From the NCBI GenBank assembly GCA_051251795.1, contig JBPOGC010000001.1:9207-73206 (forward strand): a stretch of 64,000 nucleotides of DNA. The letters run 5' to 3'. Shown here in pieces: positions 1 through 9,900 of this stretch. Within the stretch, counting starts at the first letter, position 1, and each line of letters begins with the position of its first letter. Position numbers and translations under genes: made by a program. Under the pieces are notes generated by a model, which ran no database searches, was not told the DNA's origin, and was given only the letters and a program-made list of their open reading frames with translations. The DNA is from Luteolibacter sp. (GTDB taxonomy: Bacteria; Verrucomicrobiota; Verrucomicrobiia; Verrucomicrobiales; Akkermansiaceae).

Positions 1-722
1 CTCTTGGGATAGGCACAGATTCGATGACAGTCGGTGGCCTCAATCACTTCTATGACCTTACTAGTAGTGGGCCACCTGTCTTCTGAAGTCCCAAGGAATT
101 TCACGAAAGCCTGCTCCGCCTCGGCAAACAAAGGCGGCAAGGGAATTGAAGTCGACCCAATGACGGAACTTGGCGGCGTGAGCAAAGACAAAGTTACACC
201 TTCATCGGGGAGACTCGGACTTGGCGGTGGCTTAGCTCCTCCAGCGACCCCAGCTCTGAGAGTGTTCTGCCACTTTGCCAGCTGGTCAAGCGTCAGATCT
301 GCTCCCGCAGCCCCCCATAGCCTATCAAAGTAGGAATGGCAGTCTTTCGCCACATTTTTGTCTTGGGAGACAAAACCATATTCCTGATTCCGGAACAGCG
401 CGGCCTCCGTCAAGTTCGCGGAGGTCACCATAGAGTGCCGATCACCGAAAAGATACATCTTGGAATGCAACCCTTTGACACCCCGGATTTGAGCACCTTG
501 CTTTATCATCCATTTCAGTGCACCTACGTCGCTGACCCCGGAAGAGAAATCCGTCAGATTGAAGCGGGTGATGATTTGGATCCCCGGTCGGTGCCCTGAG
601 TCGAGCAGCCTCTTTACTGCGCGCTGCTTGATGAACGGACAGACGACACGCAGTGTGGCGTGGCGTTCCTTCGCCCTCGCGGTGAAATGGGAAGACCAGC
701 CGCCATCTATCAGTTCGATCAT
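1..722 (-). CDS. Phospholipase D (HKD)-family nuclease-like protein; C-terminus runs off the left edge of the window
   Basis: Absent from the ORF track because there is no stop in the window. Manual translation from ATG at 722 gives MIELIDGGWSSHF...CPFIKQ...ITRFNLTDFSSGVSD...GLHSKMYLFGDRHSMVTSANLTEAALFRNQEYG..., open to position 1. It has an HxK...D motif followed by SxN and N.E.G, as in PLD-type nucleases. Confidence 0.85.
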   Translation of the reverse strand, partial: MIELIDGGWSSHFTARAKERHATLRVVCPFIKQRAVKRLLDSGHRPGIQIITRFNLTDFSSGVSDVGALKWMIKQGAQIRGVKGLHSKMYLFGDRHSMVTSANLTEAALFRNQEYGFVSQDKNVAKDCHSYFDRLWGAAGADLTLDQLAKWQNTLRAGVAGGAKPPPSPSLPDEGVTLSLLTPPSSVIGSTSIPLPPLFAEAEQAFVKFLGTSEDRWPTTSKVIEVIEATDCHRICAYPK

Positions 723-778
723 GGGATGTGTTTACGCATGTCGTTCGTATTTGAAAAGGTGAACTGCCGCCCTCTAGC

Positions 779-2272
779 TCAGAGATCAATCCTCCTGTCT
801 GCAAATGGGGACTCCAATATGGTTCCGGTGTAGCCGGCCTTTGCTGCAATAATCAGGTTCACAAAACCAGCCAGCCGACCGAGGGCATCAAGTGCCGTGT
901 GAGGATCTCCCTTGGTGACCGATCCGTAGTTGCCGTGGGCAGGGCCATGGCGATGCTTGTTGAATAATTTGAACATATCCGTGACCCACTCGCTCCGACC
1001 GGAAAAAAGGCGGAGGAACACATCGTCCCATTCCACCCGGCGATCCTGATAGTTCCAATTTTCGACCATCCTTTTAAGGCGTCTGATCATGTGGATTCTT
1101 TCCTCGCCGGCCGAGCCGTCTTCAAGAGCCTTGATCCAGCGGAGCGTCTCTCCACGAACCTCCGTATAGGCATCCGGGGGAACCTGCTTTTTAAAAAGCT
1201 CTGACCGCAGGCCTTCGATCACAGAGCAGATCATCGCCATCTGGAGCGGCGTGGGAGCTGCGTCTGAGTCAGCACCCCGAAAGACCCACATGCTCTCTTT
1301 GAGATCACTGGACTTGTCGTTGGGAAGGCTCAGATACAGTGCCGCCACTGAGGCAATCAATTTGGTGGGGTCATCAGGCGTCATGAGACCATCCCGCTCT
1401 CGGATCGGAACCATGCTTCCCTGTTCCTGCCGCCTTACCCACATGACCTGTTCCGTCACCCGCCAGTCACAACGACGTTGCAGATAAGTCGGCCACGGTT
1501 GGATTGCGTGTGTGTAAGCGACCGCATGGAGCAAGGCATCGAACCGCAAACTAGCTTCGTCGTCGGTTCCCCCTTCATGCTTGAAGCCGACTTCCAGATG
1601 ATCACCAACCTGCTTCAACGAAAACAGGCCTCCTAGGGCAGCTCCATCCCATGTGGCCTCTTTCGAACCACTGCGTTCTCCCCAAAATGGATGGCTCTCC
1701 GTCCACTTGACCCCTTTGTTGAAAAACTGGAGCTTCGTGTTCGAAAAGATGGCGATATGCTCGTATCTTGGTTGCTTGGCTTCAGCATCCCCATCAGGTG
1801 GGACGGGAGGACGGTGAGGATTTATACGGTTTAGCTTCTCCCGGATTTCATCGTGGGTCTGCGAATCTGATGCTGATGGAGGAATGATGATCTTTTCGGG
1901 CTTTAGGATAGCAGATGAGTTTTTAAGATCGCCGATCACTTGCACTGTGGATGAGCATGGAGGCCAGATCTTCCTGAACTCCACCCGCAGTTTGTTGCCC
2001 AGAACTCCGGATGCGTCCAAGGTATCTTCTTCCCTTACTCTGTTGGTCGGGGTGAAGAAGGATTGCAAGTCCCTGCCCTCACTGTCGCGAACTTCAACCT
2101 CATAGCGGTTTCCTTCAGGATCAATTTTCAGAGTCGCCGCGAGACGAACGGAGCCAGCCGCCGAGTTCAAAACGAAATCATCGATTGGCAGCGAGAGGGT
2201 TTTGTCTAGTGAGGGATCTAGCAGAAACTTTTTTACGTCGTCTTCGATATACATGATTTGATTGGAGGACAT
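779..2272 (-). CDS. HEPN-motif protein (497 aa), ApeA-like layout with C-terminal RxxxxH
   Basis: Helical C-terminal region with SVIEGL and KHRHGPAHG (R-H-x3-H at about 935-952). The start abuts the upstream gene's stop (2272/2273). Confidence 0.6.
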   Translation of the reverse strand: MSSNQIMYIEDDVKKFLLDPSLDKTLSLPIDDFVLNSAAGSVRLAATLKIDPEGNRYEVEVRDSEGRDLQSFFTPTNRVREEDTLDASGVLGNKLRVEFRKIWPPCSSTVQVIGDLKNSSAILKPEKIIIPPSASDSQTHDEIREKLNRINPHRPPVPPDGDAEAKQPRYEHIAIFSNTKLQFFNKGVKWTESHPFWGERSGSKEATWDGAALGGLFSLKQVGDHLEVGFKHEGGTDDEASLRFDALLHAVAYTHAIQPWPTYLQRRCDWRVTEQVMWVRRQEQGSMVPIRERDGLMTPDDPTKLIASVAALYLSLPNDKSSDLKESMWVFRGADSDAAPTPLQMAMICSVIEGLRSELFKKQVPPDAYTEVRGETLRWIKALEDGSAGEERIHMIRRLKRMVENWNYQDRRVEWDDVFLRLFSGRSEWVTDMFKLFNKHRHGPAHGNYGSVTKGDPHTALDALGRLAGFVNLIIAAKAGYTGTILESPFADRRIDL

Positions 2273-3073
2273 CTATGGGGAAATGCCGGTCTTCACGGCT
2301 CCGTCAAGTCGCCTGTGAAGCAGTGAAATTAGCGAAAGATAGTCGGCCGCATCATGTTCCCCATCCCAGAGCAATCTGGGTTCGTGAGCCAGACGGTTTC
2401 TAACTCCGGCGAAACAGCCTTTTAGCAGAGCGGCGAAGCCTTTGTGGTCTGATTGTTCTAGTTCCGACCGTAGCGAGTTGATCGCAAGAATCGGGCGATC
2501 AATGGAGAACACCTTGTCGATCAGCTTCGCCCCATCAATATGCACGCCTGACATTTCCCGGATTCTCTGGGCTAATCCCTTGGAGGCTTCGAACACAGCG
2601 TGGAAGTAGTCTTCCTGCATAAGTTCCGCCCGACAATATTTAGTGACTTGCTCATGAATCCTCCTGCCATGCAGCTGGGATTGGAGAGTACGGGCACGCT
2701 TTTGAGCGTCCGATAGCGTCGAAGCAGGATCCACGGATTTGAATGACCCATCTTCGGAGAGGTTGAGGCCGCAGAAGGCCAGAACCGTGTTTAGCTCAAT
2801 CCGTTTGAAGTTGAAGTCATCAGTCTTCCCTACGAATCGAGCGGGATTCATAAGATCCTGGACGAAGGCGATGATCCTATTCGCCGACTTGTCACGACGT
2901 TGAACATCGAGAAATACGGAATACAGACGACGCCATTTGGTCGATTCTCCCGACAAGTCCTGCATGCCACGGCGGATGATAGCGCGGCCAAGTTCCGAGC
3001 CTGTGCCACATTCACCGAGCACTTTCGCAAGAGACTCAATGACAGCGTCTGGAAATGACGGAACCGCTGCCAT
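2273..3073 (-). CDS. TIGR02391-family protein (AbiJ-like N-terminus plus HEPN domain)
   Basis: Contains IHEQVTKYCRAELMQEDYFHAVFEASKGLAQRIR, DGAKLIDKVFS and GVRNRLAHEPR (RNxxAH), which are characteristic of this family. Confidence 0.85.
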   Translation of the reverse strand: MAAVPSFPDAVIESLAKVLGECGTGSELGRAIIRRGMQDLSGESTKWRRLYSVFLDVQRRDKSANRIIAFVQDLMNPARFVGKTDDFNFKRIELNTVLAFCGLNLSEDGSFKSVDPASTLSDAQKRARTLQSQLHGRRIHEQVTKYCRAELMQEDYFHAVFEASKGLAQRIREMSGVHIDGAKLIDKVFSIDRPILAINSLRSELEQSDHKGFAALLKGCFAGVRNRLAHEPRLLWDGEHDAADYLSLISLLHRRLDGAVKTGISP

Positions 3074-3478
3074 ACCCTAAGAAAACCCGTCGAAATGGAA
3101 TCGCGGCGCGAGCCTATACATAGAAGCATTCGGGAGGGTGCTGGAAAAGTTCCTCATTTTTGGTAACTATCTAATAACATTCAGATTTTTGCCAAGCAAG
3201 CGCCGAAGTAGTGGATACAGAAAACTCAGAATCCAAGAAAGAAAGGCAACGACATCCTAGAACTCGTATTACACCGGCCTGCTCACCCTCCTTAATTCTG
3301 ACTACAACCTCCGCCACAACACAGGAAGGGGGTAGCATTTAGAGAGGTCTCCTTGTCAAGAAGAGATTAATAGAGACGATCTGCCGTAGATACCGTGATC
3401 AGACCTTTGAAAGGAAACGTCACCCATTGTAGTTTTCAACTTTTCATTTGATTTCAGGATTGCCCCATCTTATGCACA

Positions 3479-3874
3479 TTGCCCGTGGCTATCGTCTCCC
3501 GCATTCTGCTCATGATCCTCCTGCTTTGCAGCCAAGGGATGAGCGTTTGTTTCGACAAGTCCGGACACAGCTATGTTAGCGATCCTGTTCTCCAGTCTCT
3601 CGCTGGCGATGAAGGGTCTCCATGCCATTGCCCTTGCGACGATGACGAGTGCGAAGAGCACGAATTGAAACTAGATGCGATGCCCGGCGACTCTGTAGAG
3701 GTTCCTCCGGTTCCCTGCGTTTCACTTCCGCCTGACTTCTCGGTTCTTCCGAACTTGGAAGAGTTGCTCGCCGCATCCGGTCAGTCCGAAGTCCGGTTCG
3801 ATCATCCTGAGGAACTTACTCATGCCTCCCGGCTCCGGAAGACATTGATGTCCTGCGTGGTTTTACGCATTTGA
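3479..3874 (+). CDS. Small exported Cys/His-rich protein heading RND operon 1
   Basis: Hydrophobic N-terminus and CHCPCDDDECEEH motif, directly upstream of the TolC gene. Confidence 0.65.
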   Translation: MPVAIVSRILLMILLLCSQGMSVCFDKSGHSYVSDPVLQSLAGDEGSPCHCPCDDDECEEHELKLDAMPGDSVEVPPVPCVSLPPDFSVLPNLEELLAASGQSEVRFDHPEELTHASRLRKTLMSCVVLRI

Positions 3875-4017
3875 TAAAACGGCCTGACCCAAGGCCAGCC
3901 GTCCCACACTACCCCGATTTTGGGTAATCTGTGGAAGCCTGTTTCAGGCAATCTCGGCTGTGGTTTTCCGCGATCCCTTATTCGCGATCCATTTACGTTT
4001 TTTCAAATTCACCACCA

Positions 4018-5319
4018 ATGTACCCTCGACTCGTCTTTTTCATTTTTACTCCAGTTCTGCTTCTTTCCTGCGCAAGTGATCCTACTTCCGCACTGTCAAA
4101 AATCAGCGCCAATCTCAACGATACAAATCGGAGTGCCGGTTTTTCTTCCGCTCCTTCCTTGAAAGGTTCCGTCACCCGTGATCAAGCGATCCGGCACGCA
4201 CTCACCTACAGCCCATCCCTGCAATCGCAGCGTGCCGAACTCCGTGCGCTCGAAGCGGAAATCATACAGGCGGGTCTGCCTCCGAATCCGGATCTGGGAC
4301 TGGATGTGGAAAACTTCGCCGGAAACGGAGGTAGTCGCGGATTCAACGGAGCAGAGGTTACCGCCGCCCTTTCCCAACGTCTCGAACTCGGCGGCAAGCG
4401 TCCCAAGAGAACCCTGGTCGCCGCCCTTGAGGCGGAGTCCCTCCGTTCAGAGATCGCCAGCGAAGAGCGACGGATCAGAATGGAAGCGGATCGTGCTTTC
4501 ACCACTCTTGTCGAAGCTCGCGAAATCCGGGAGTTCAACGAGCGAAACGTGATCCGTGCGGAGGAATACCTCGGTGTCCTCGATACCCTTTTGGAAGTGG
4601 GCAAGGGCAATCGCATCGACGCGGGACGAGCAAAACTCTCCGTTTCCGAAGCCAAGGAACTTCTCGCTGAGGCGCGGTCGGCGGAAACCAGTGCCGCATC
4701 CGATCTAGGGCAAATATGGGGCGGAGGAACCTCAGATGTGAGCGCCTCGGGCACACTCGGAAGTCCGGGCGGAAGCGTCCCCACCAATCTGGAGGCGGCA
4801 ATCGAAAGGCATCCCGCGATGCGCGCCGCCGCCTACCGCTTTGCCAAAGCCCAGGCCGTTTACGATCTGGAAAAATCCGGTCGCTACCCTGATGTAGAGC
4901 TAGAAGGTGGCCTTCGCGAAATGCGCGATGCCAATGAGACCTCCGCAGTGGTTGGCATACGGGTTCCCTTACCAATCTTTAACCGTAACCAAGGCAACAT
5001 ACAGGCAGCGAAAGAACGGCTCGATCGCGCCAAAGGAGAGGGTCGATCAACCGCCAGTGAACTACGCTCCACTCTCACCAAGTTTTCCGCCGAACTACGC
5101 GCCGCGAGAAGCCGCGCCGTCGAGTTCGATTCCAGAACACTCTCCGCAGCCAGCCAGGCTTTGGAGGACACCCTCGAAGCCTATTCGGCAGGAAAGGCCT
5201 CGCTCATCGAAGTCCTTGATGCCCGCGAAACCCTCTTCGATGTCGAGCGCGGCCAAGTCCGTGCCAAGGCAGATCTTCTACGCGCCCACAATTCCCTACG
5301 ACTGATGACCAACGACTAA
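4018..5319 (+). CDS. czcC: TolC-family outer membrane factor (CzcC-like lipoprotein)
   Basis: Contains PPNPDLGLDVENF, SQRLELGGKR and PLPIFNRNQGNI, with lipobox LLSC. Start moved from 3931 to ATG 4018. Confidence 0.9.
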   Translation: MYPRLVFFIFTPVLLLSCASDPTSALSKISANLNDTNRSAGFSSAPSLKGSVTRDQAIRHALTYSPSLQSQRAELRALEAEIIQAGLPPNPDLGLDVENFAGNGGSRGFNGAEVTAALSQRLELGGKRPKRTLVAALEAESLRSEIASEERRIRMEADRAFTTLVEAREIREFNERNVIRAEEYLGVLDTLLEVGKGNRIDAGRAKLSVSEAKELLAEARSAETSAASDLGQIWGGGTSDVSASGTLGSPGGSVPTNLEAAIERHPAMRAAAYRFAKAQAVYDLEKSGRYPDVELEGGLREMRDANETSAVVGIRVPLPIFNRNQGNIQAAKERLDRAKGEGRSTASELRSTLTKFSAELRAARSRAVEFDSRTLSAASQALEDTLEAYSAGKASLIEVLDARETLFDVERGQVRAKADLLRAHNSLRLMTND

Positions 5320-5332
5320 CACCAACAAAACT

Positions 5333-6892
5333 ATGAAAATGAAATACAAACTGACCCAGGCCATCGGCCTCGGAATCCTCGCCGTTTTCTTCGCGGCATG
5401 CACCGCTGAGAAAAACGAAACCGCAGCCAACCCCGAAGCCTCCGAAGAATCGTCCTCCGGCGGTGAGATCGAAGTCCACGCCATGGCCGATTGTCCGGCG
5501 GGAGACGGCTGCTTCATCTGCGATCCATCAAAACGTGATGTCGGACGCCTCTGGTGCAAGGAGCACGACCGCTACGAAGACCGCTGCTGGCTTTGCCATC
5601 CTGAAATGAAGGATGAGAAACGTCTCTACTGCACGGAGCACGGTGTCTATGAGGATGAGTGCTATCTCTGCCACCCCGAGATCAAGGGGAAAGATGAATC
5701 CACCTCTTCCAACACCGCTCCCGCCGATGTCCTGATGTGCAAAGAACACGGCGTGGCGGAAAGGGAATGCGCCATCTGCCAGCCACAACTCGCAGCCGGT
5801 CTGAAACCAGGAGAAAACCTCAAAATCCGTGTCGCCTCCGCCGAGGCAATGGAGCGCGTCGGAGTGGAGGTTTCCAATCCCGAATCCTCCACCGCTAGAC
5901 CCTCCGTCGAGGCCTATGCGGTCGTCGACTACAACCAGAACCAAGTTGCGAGGATCACACCTCTAGTCGAAGGCATCGTCCGGGAAATATCGGTGGTGCC
6001 CGGCCAAACCGTCGCCGCAGGAGAAATCATAGGCACACTCCATTCACCGGAGTTCGCGGAAATGAAGAGTCGTTTCCTTGCCGCCGCAGCCGCCCGGAAA
6101 CTTGCCGGGCTTCAGGTGGAACGCGAACGCAAACTCGCGGACAAACGCATCTCCGCCGCCTCGGAATTGGAGACAGCGGAAGCCGCAGAAGAGGTCGCTT
6201 CGGTCGATCTCGCCGCCGCCAGACAGCGACTTCTGAACCTCGGCCTGAGTGAGAGCGAAATCGACCTGCTTGCCTCCGATGGCCGACCTACATCCTTGCT
6301 GGCACTGAAAGCCCCCTTCCCCGGAACCATCGTTGACCGCGATGTGGCTGTCGGCGAACGGGTCGAAGCTGGCGAACCGATCTTCGTCCTCGCAGATCTT
6401 TCCACCATGTGGCTAGAGCTTTCCATACCCTCCGGCAATGCCGTGGGGATCGCTCCCGGCATGGAAGTTAGCGCGACGTTTTCCGACCTTCCGGGTACCG
6501 TCATCACTGCGGAACTCGTCTGGGTTGCCAGCGAGGTGGACGAGAAAACACGCCGCATACAGGCACGTGCATTGGTCACCGCTCCACCGGTCTCCCTCCG
6601 CAAAGGTCTCTATGGAGAGGCGCGCATCCATCTGGGCGAAGCCACCCCATCCCTCTCCGTGCCAACCGGAGCGATCCAGACCATCGACGGTGTACCCTTT
6701 GTTTTTGTCCGCACGGAACCAGAGCTCTATGCCGCCACACGGGTCGAGATCGCACCCGGAACCGGGTCGGGACAGACGACGGCAATTGCCAGTGGGCTTG
6801 CAGCCGGAGACCGGATCGTCAGCAAAGGTAGCTACATCCTCCGTTCTGAGTTCCTGAAATCCCTTCTCGGAGCCGGTTGCGTGGATGACTGA
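5333..6892 (+). CDS. czcB: RND membrane fusion protein (CzcB-like) with N-terminal Cys/His repeats
   Basis: MFP core (ARITPLVEGIV, LKAPFPGTIV, ADLSTMWLE), lipobox FAAC and repeated CxEH...CxxC units. Confidence 0.9.
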   Translation: MKMKYKLTQAIGLGILAVFFAACTAEKNETAANPEASEESSSGGEIEVHAMADCPAGDGCFICDPSKRDVGRLWCKEHDRYEDRCWLCHPEMKDEKRLYCTEHGVYEDECYLCHPEIKGKDESTSSNTAPADVLMCKEHGVAERECAICQPQLAAGLKPGENLKIRVASAEAMERVGVEVSNPESSTARPSVEAYAVVDYNQNQVARITPLVEGIVREISVVPGQTVAAGEIIGTLHSPEFAEMKSRFLAAAAARKLAGLQVERERKLADKRISAASELETAEAAEEVASVDLAAARQRLLNLGLSESEIDLLASDGRPTSLLALKAPFPGTIVDRDVAVGERVEAGEPIFVLADLSTMWLELSIPSGNAVGIAPGMEVSATFSDLPGTVITAELVWVASEVDEKTRRIQARALVTAPPVSLRKGLYGEARIHLGEATPSLSVPTGAIQTIDGVPFVFVRTEPELYAATRVEIAPGTGSGQTTAIASGLAAGDRIVSKGSYILRSEFLKSLLGAGCVDD

Positions 6893-6951
6893 AGCCGTCC
6901 CCATCCTCACGCACTCCATCCTTCTCCCGTTTCCCAACAAATTCCAATACC

Positions 6952-9900
6952 ATGTTTCTCCACCTGATCCGTTTCTGTCTCGCCAACCGCCTGTTGGTCT
7001 TCCTTTTCACCGCCCTGTTAATAGTCGCGGGATTCTGGGCAGGCTCGCGTGTGCCGGTCGATGCCTTCCCGGACACCACCCCGATCCAGGTGCAGATCAA
7101 CACCGTCGCCCCCTCATTGAACGGTGAGGAAATCGAGCAACAGATCACCCTTCCCGTAGAGCTGGAGATTTCCGGGCTTCCCGGCCTCGCCAGCGTTCGC
7201 TCTGTCTCGAAATTCGGACTCTCCCAAGTCGTCGCCACCTTCGATGACGACACGGAAATCACTACCGCCCGGCAGTATATCTCCGAGCGACTGCTCACCG
7301 TCGAACTTCCCGATGGTGTTGGCACTCCCCAGATGGGACCTATCTCGACCGGGCTTGGGGAAATTTTCCACTACGTCATCAGTAGTAGTGACGGCAGCCG
7401 GACACTCGAAGAACTCCGCACCATCCACGACTGGATCATCAAGCCTGAGCTGCGCAAGGTGCGCGGCGTCGCCGAAGTCAATTCCTGGGGCGGTCTCGAA
7501 AAACAATACCATGTTGTCGTCGATCCGGAGCTGCTATTGAAATACGACCTCGCCCTGGCCGATGTCATCGAGGCCCTTGAAAACAACAACCGCAACGTTG
7601 GTGGCGGTCGCCTAACCGTTAGCGGTCAGGATCTCCTCGTCCACGGCATCGGTCGTGTCACATCCATCCCGGAAATCGGACGAATCGAAGTCGCCGCAAG
7701 CGCGGGCACTCCTGTCCGCGTCTCCGACATCGCGGAAGTCCGTATCGGCAGCGAGCTACGCCGTGGTGCAGTTACTGCAAATGGAGAAGGCGAAGTCGTG
7801 CTAGGCCTTGCCTTCATGCTCATGGGCGAGAACGCCCAGACCGTCACCCAAGCACTGAAAGAACGCCTTGAGGAAATCCGCCCCTCCATCCCGGACGGCG
7901 TGGAAGTGGAGGTAGTCTATGACCGCACGGAGCTGACCGATTCCGTGCTTGATACCGTCAGCCACAACCTCATCGGCGGCGCGGTTCTCGTTACGCTCAC
8001 CCTGCTCGTCCTGCTTGGGAACGTCCGGGCTGGCCTGCTTGTCGCCATCTGCATTCCGCTTGCCATGCTCTTCGCCGTGTTGGGGATGAATTACTTCGCC
8101 ATCACTGCCAGTCTGCTCAGTCTGGGTGCCATTGATTTCGGCCTGATTGTTGATGGCTCCGTCGTCATGACGGAGGCAAACCTGCGAGGCCTCGCCGCAC
8201 GCACCCGTGAAGCTGGCAGGAAACTGACCATCGCCGAGCGTTTCGATTGTATTCTAGAATCCAGCCGATCCGTGGCCAGACCGATCCTCTTCGGCATGGG
8301 AATCATCGCCGTGGTCTTCCTCCCCATTCTCACGCTGGAAGGAACCGAGGGAAAAATGTTCCGCCCGATGGCCATCACCTTCATCCTCGCCCTGCTTGGC
8401 GCTCTCATAATCGCCATCGTGATTTCTCCGGTGCTCGGCCATCTGTTTCTTCCACGAAAATTCAAATCCACCGAAGGTTGGCTCTCGCGCAAGCTGACCG
8501 GAGGCTACTCCGCCATTCTTGGTCTTGTCCTGAAACTCCGCTGGCCGGTTCTCGCCCTCGTGGTAGTATTGCTCGTCGTGACCGGTATCCTGGCGACACG
8601 ACTCGGAGGCGAGTTTATCCCGAGGCTCAGTGAGGGAGCCATCACCGCCAACACCATCCGCCTCGCGGGCACGTCCATCGACACTTCCACGGAATACAAC
8701 ACCCGCATTGAGCAACTCCTGAAGGAGAAATTTCCCGATGAAATCCGCCACGTCTGGAGCCGGATCGGGACGGCAGAAATCGCCACCGATCCCATGGGCA
8801 CGGAGCTTACCGACATTTTCCTATCCCTGACTCCACGCGAGCAATGGACGAGAGCGAAAACCCAGGACGAACTGGTGGTGGCGATGCAGGAAACGGTTTC
8901 CACTCTTCCCGGCGTGAACATCCTTTTCACCCAGCCCATCGAGATGCGGCTCAACGAGATGGAGTCCGGAGTCCGCTCCGATGTTGGCATCCTGATCTAC
9001 GGGGACAGTTTTGAGAAACTCACCCGCTTGAGCGACGAGATCCAGAAAGTCCTGGTCGATATTCCCGGCCAGGCGGATGTCTCCACCGATCAGATCAGCG
9101 GCCAGCCCGGACTGCGCATTGAACTCCGCCCGGAAAAGATGGCGCGTCTCGGTGTCTCCGCCGCCGAAATCCTGCCATACATCGAGGCCATCGGCGTGCT
9201 ACGCGTCGGAGAAATCTATGAAGGTCAGCGACAATTCCCTCTCGCCATTGTTTTACCGGACGAATACCGCACTCGTATCGACGCGGTTCGCAACCTCGTC
9301 ATCCCTACTTCCACCGGCGCTCGCATTCCGCTTTCCGATGTCGCGGATGTCGTCGAGGCACCCGGATCTGCCACCATCAACCGCGAGTGGGGTCGCCGTC
9401 TGATCCGCGTCCAGAGCAACGTCGATGGCCGCGATGTCGTCTCCTTTGTAGAAGAAGCGAAGCGCAAGATCGCAGAGGAAATCGACCTACCTGAGGGCTA
9501 CGTCATCGCATGGGGCGGCCAGTTCGAGAACCTCGAACGCGCCCACACCCGGCTCTCTCTCGTCGTGCCTCTGACCATGATCCTCGTCTTCGTCTTGCTT
9601 TATCTCAGCCTGCGGAACTTCAGAGACGTAGCACTGATCTATCTCGGGATCCCCTTCGCCCTTGTCGGCGGCGTCCTGTCGCTCTGGATGCGCGACATCC
9701 CGTTCAGTATCAGTGCCGCCATCGGCTTCATCGCGCTCTTCGGCATCGCCGTGCTCAACGGCCAGATCCTCATCGAGGCTATACGCTCGAACCTCCAGGA
9801 CACCACCGATGCCGTGACTGCGGTCAAACACGCAGCCACCGAACGACTCCGACCGGTGCTTGCCACCGCCATCACCGATGCCATCGGCTTCCTCCCCATG

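Noticed and set aside
34-849. Track ORFs 34-333, 336-599, 442-849 and 559-762
   Set aside because: They overlap the real minus-strand PLD gene (722 to <1) in other frames and show no motifs.
4206-4787. 193-aa minus-strand ORF and similar overlaps across 4-36 kb (for example 34780-35586, 19844-20614, 14310-15029)
   Set aside because: Shadow or alternate-frame ORFs inside well-supported genes, with low-complexity Ser/Arg/Pro content.
5488-5785. Calling the MFP a multiheme cytochrome
   Set aside because: Only two of four repeats have CxxCH and no cytochrome maturation genes are in the window; kept only as an open question.
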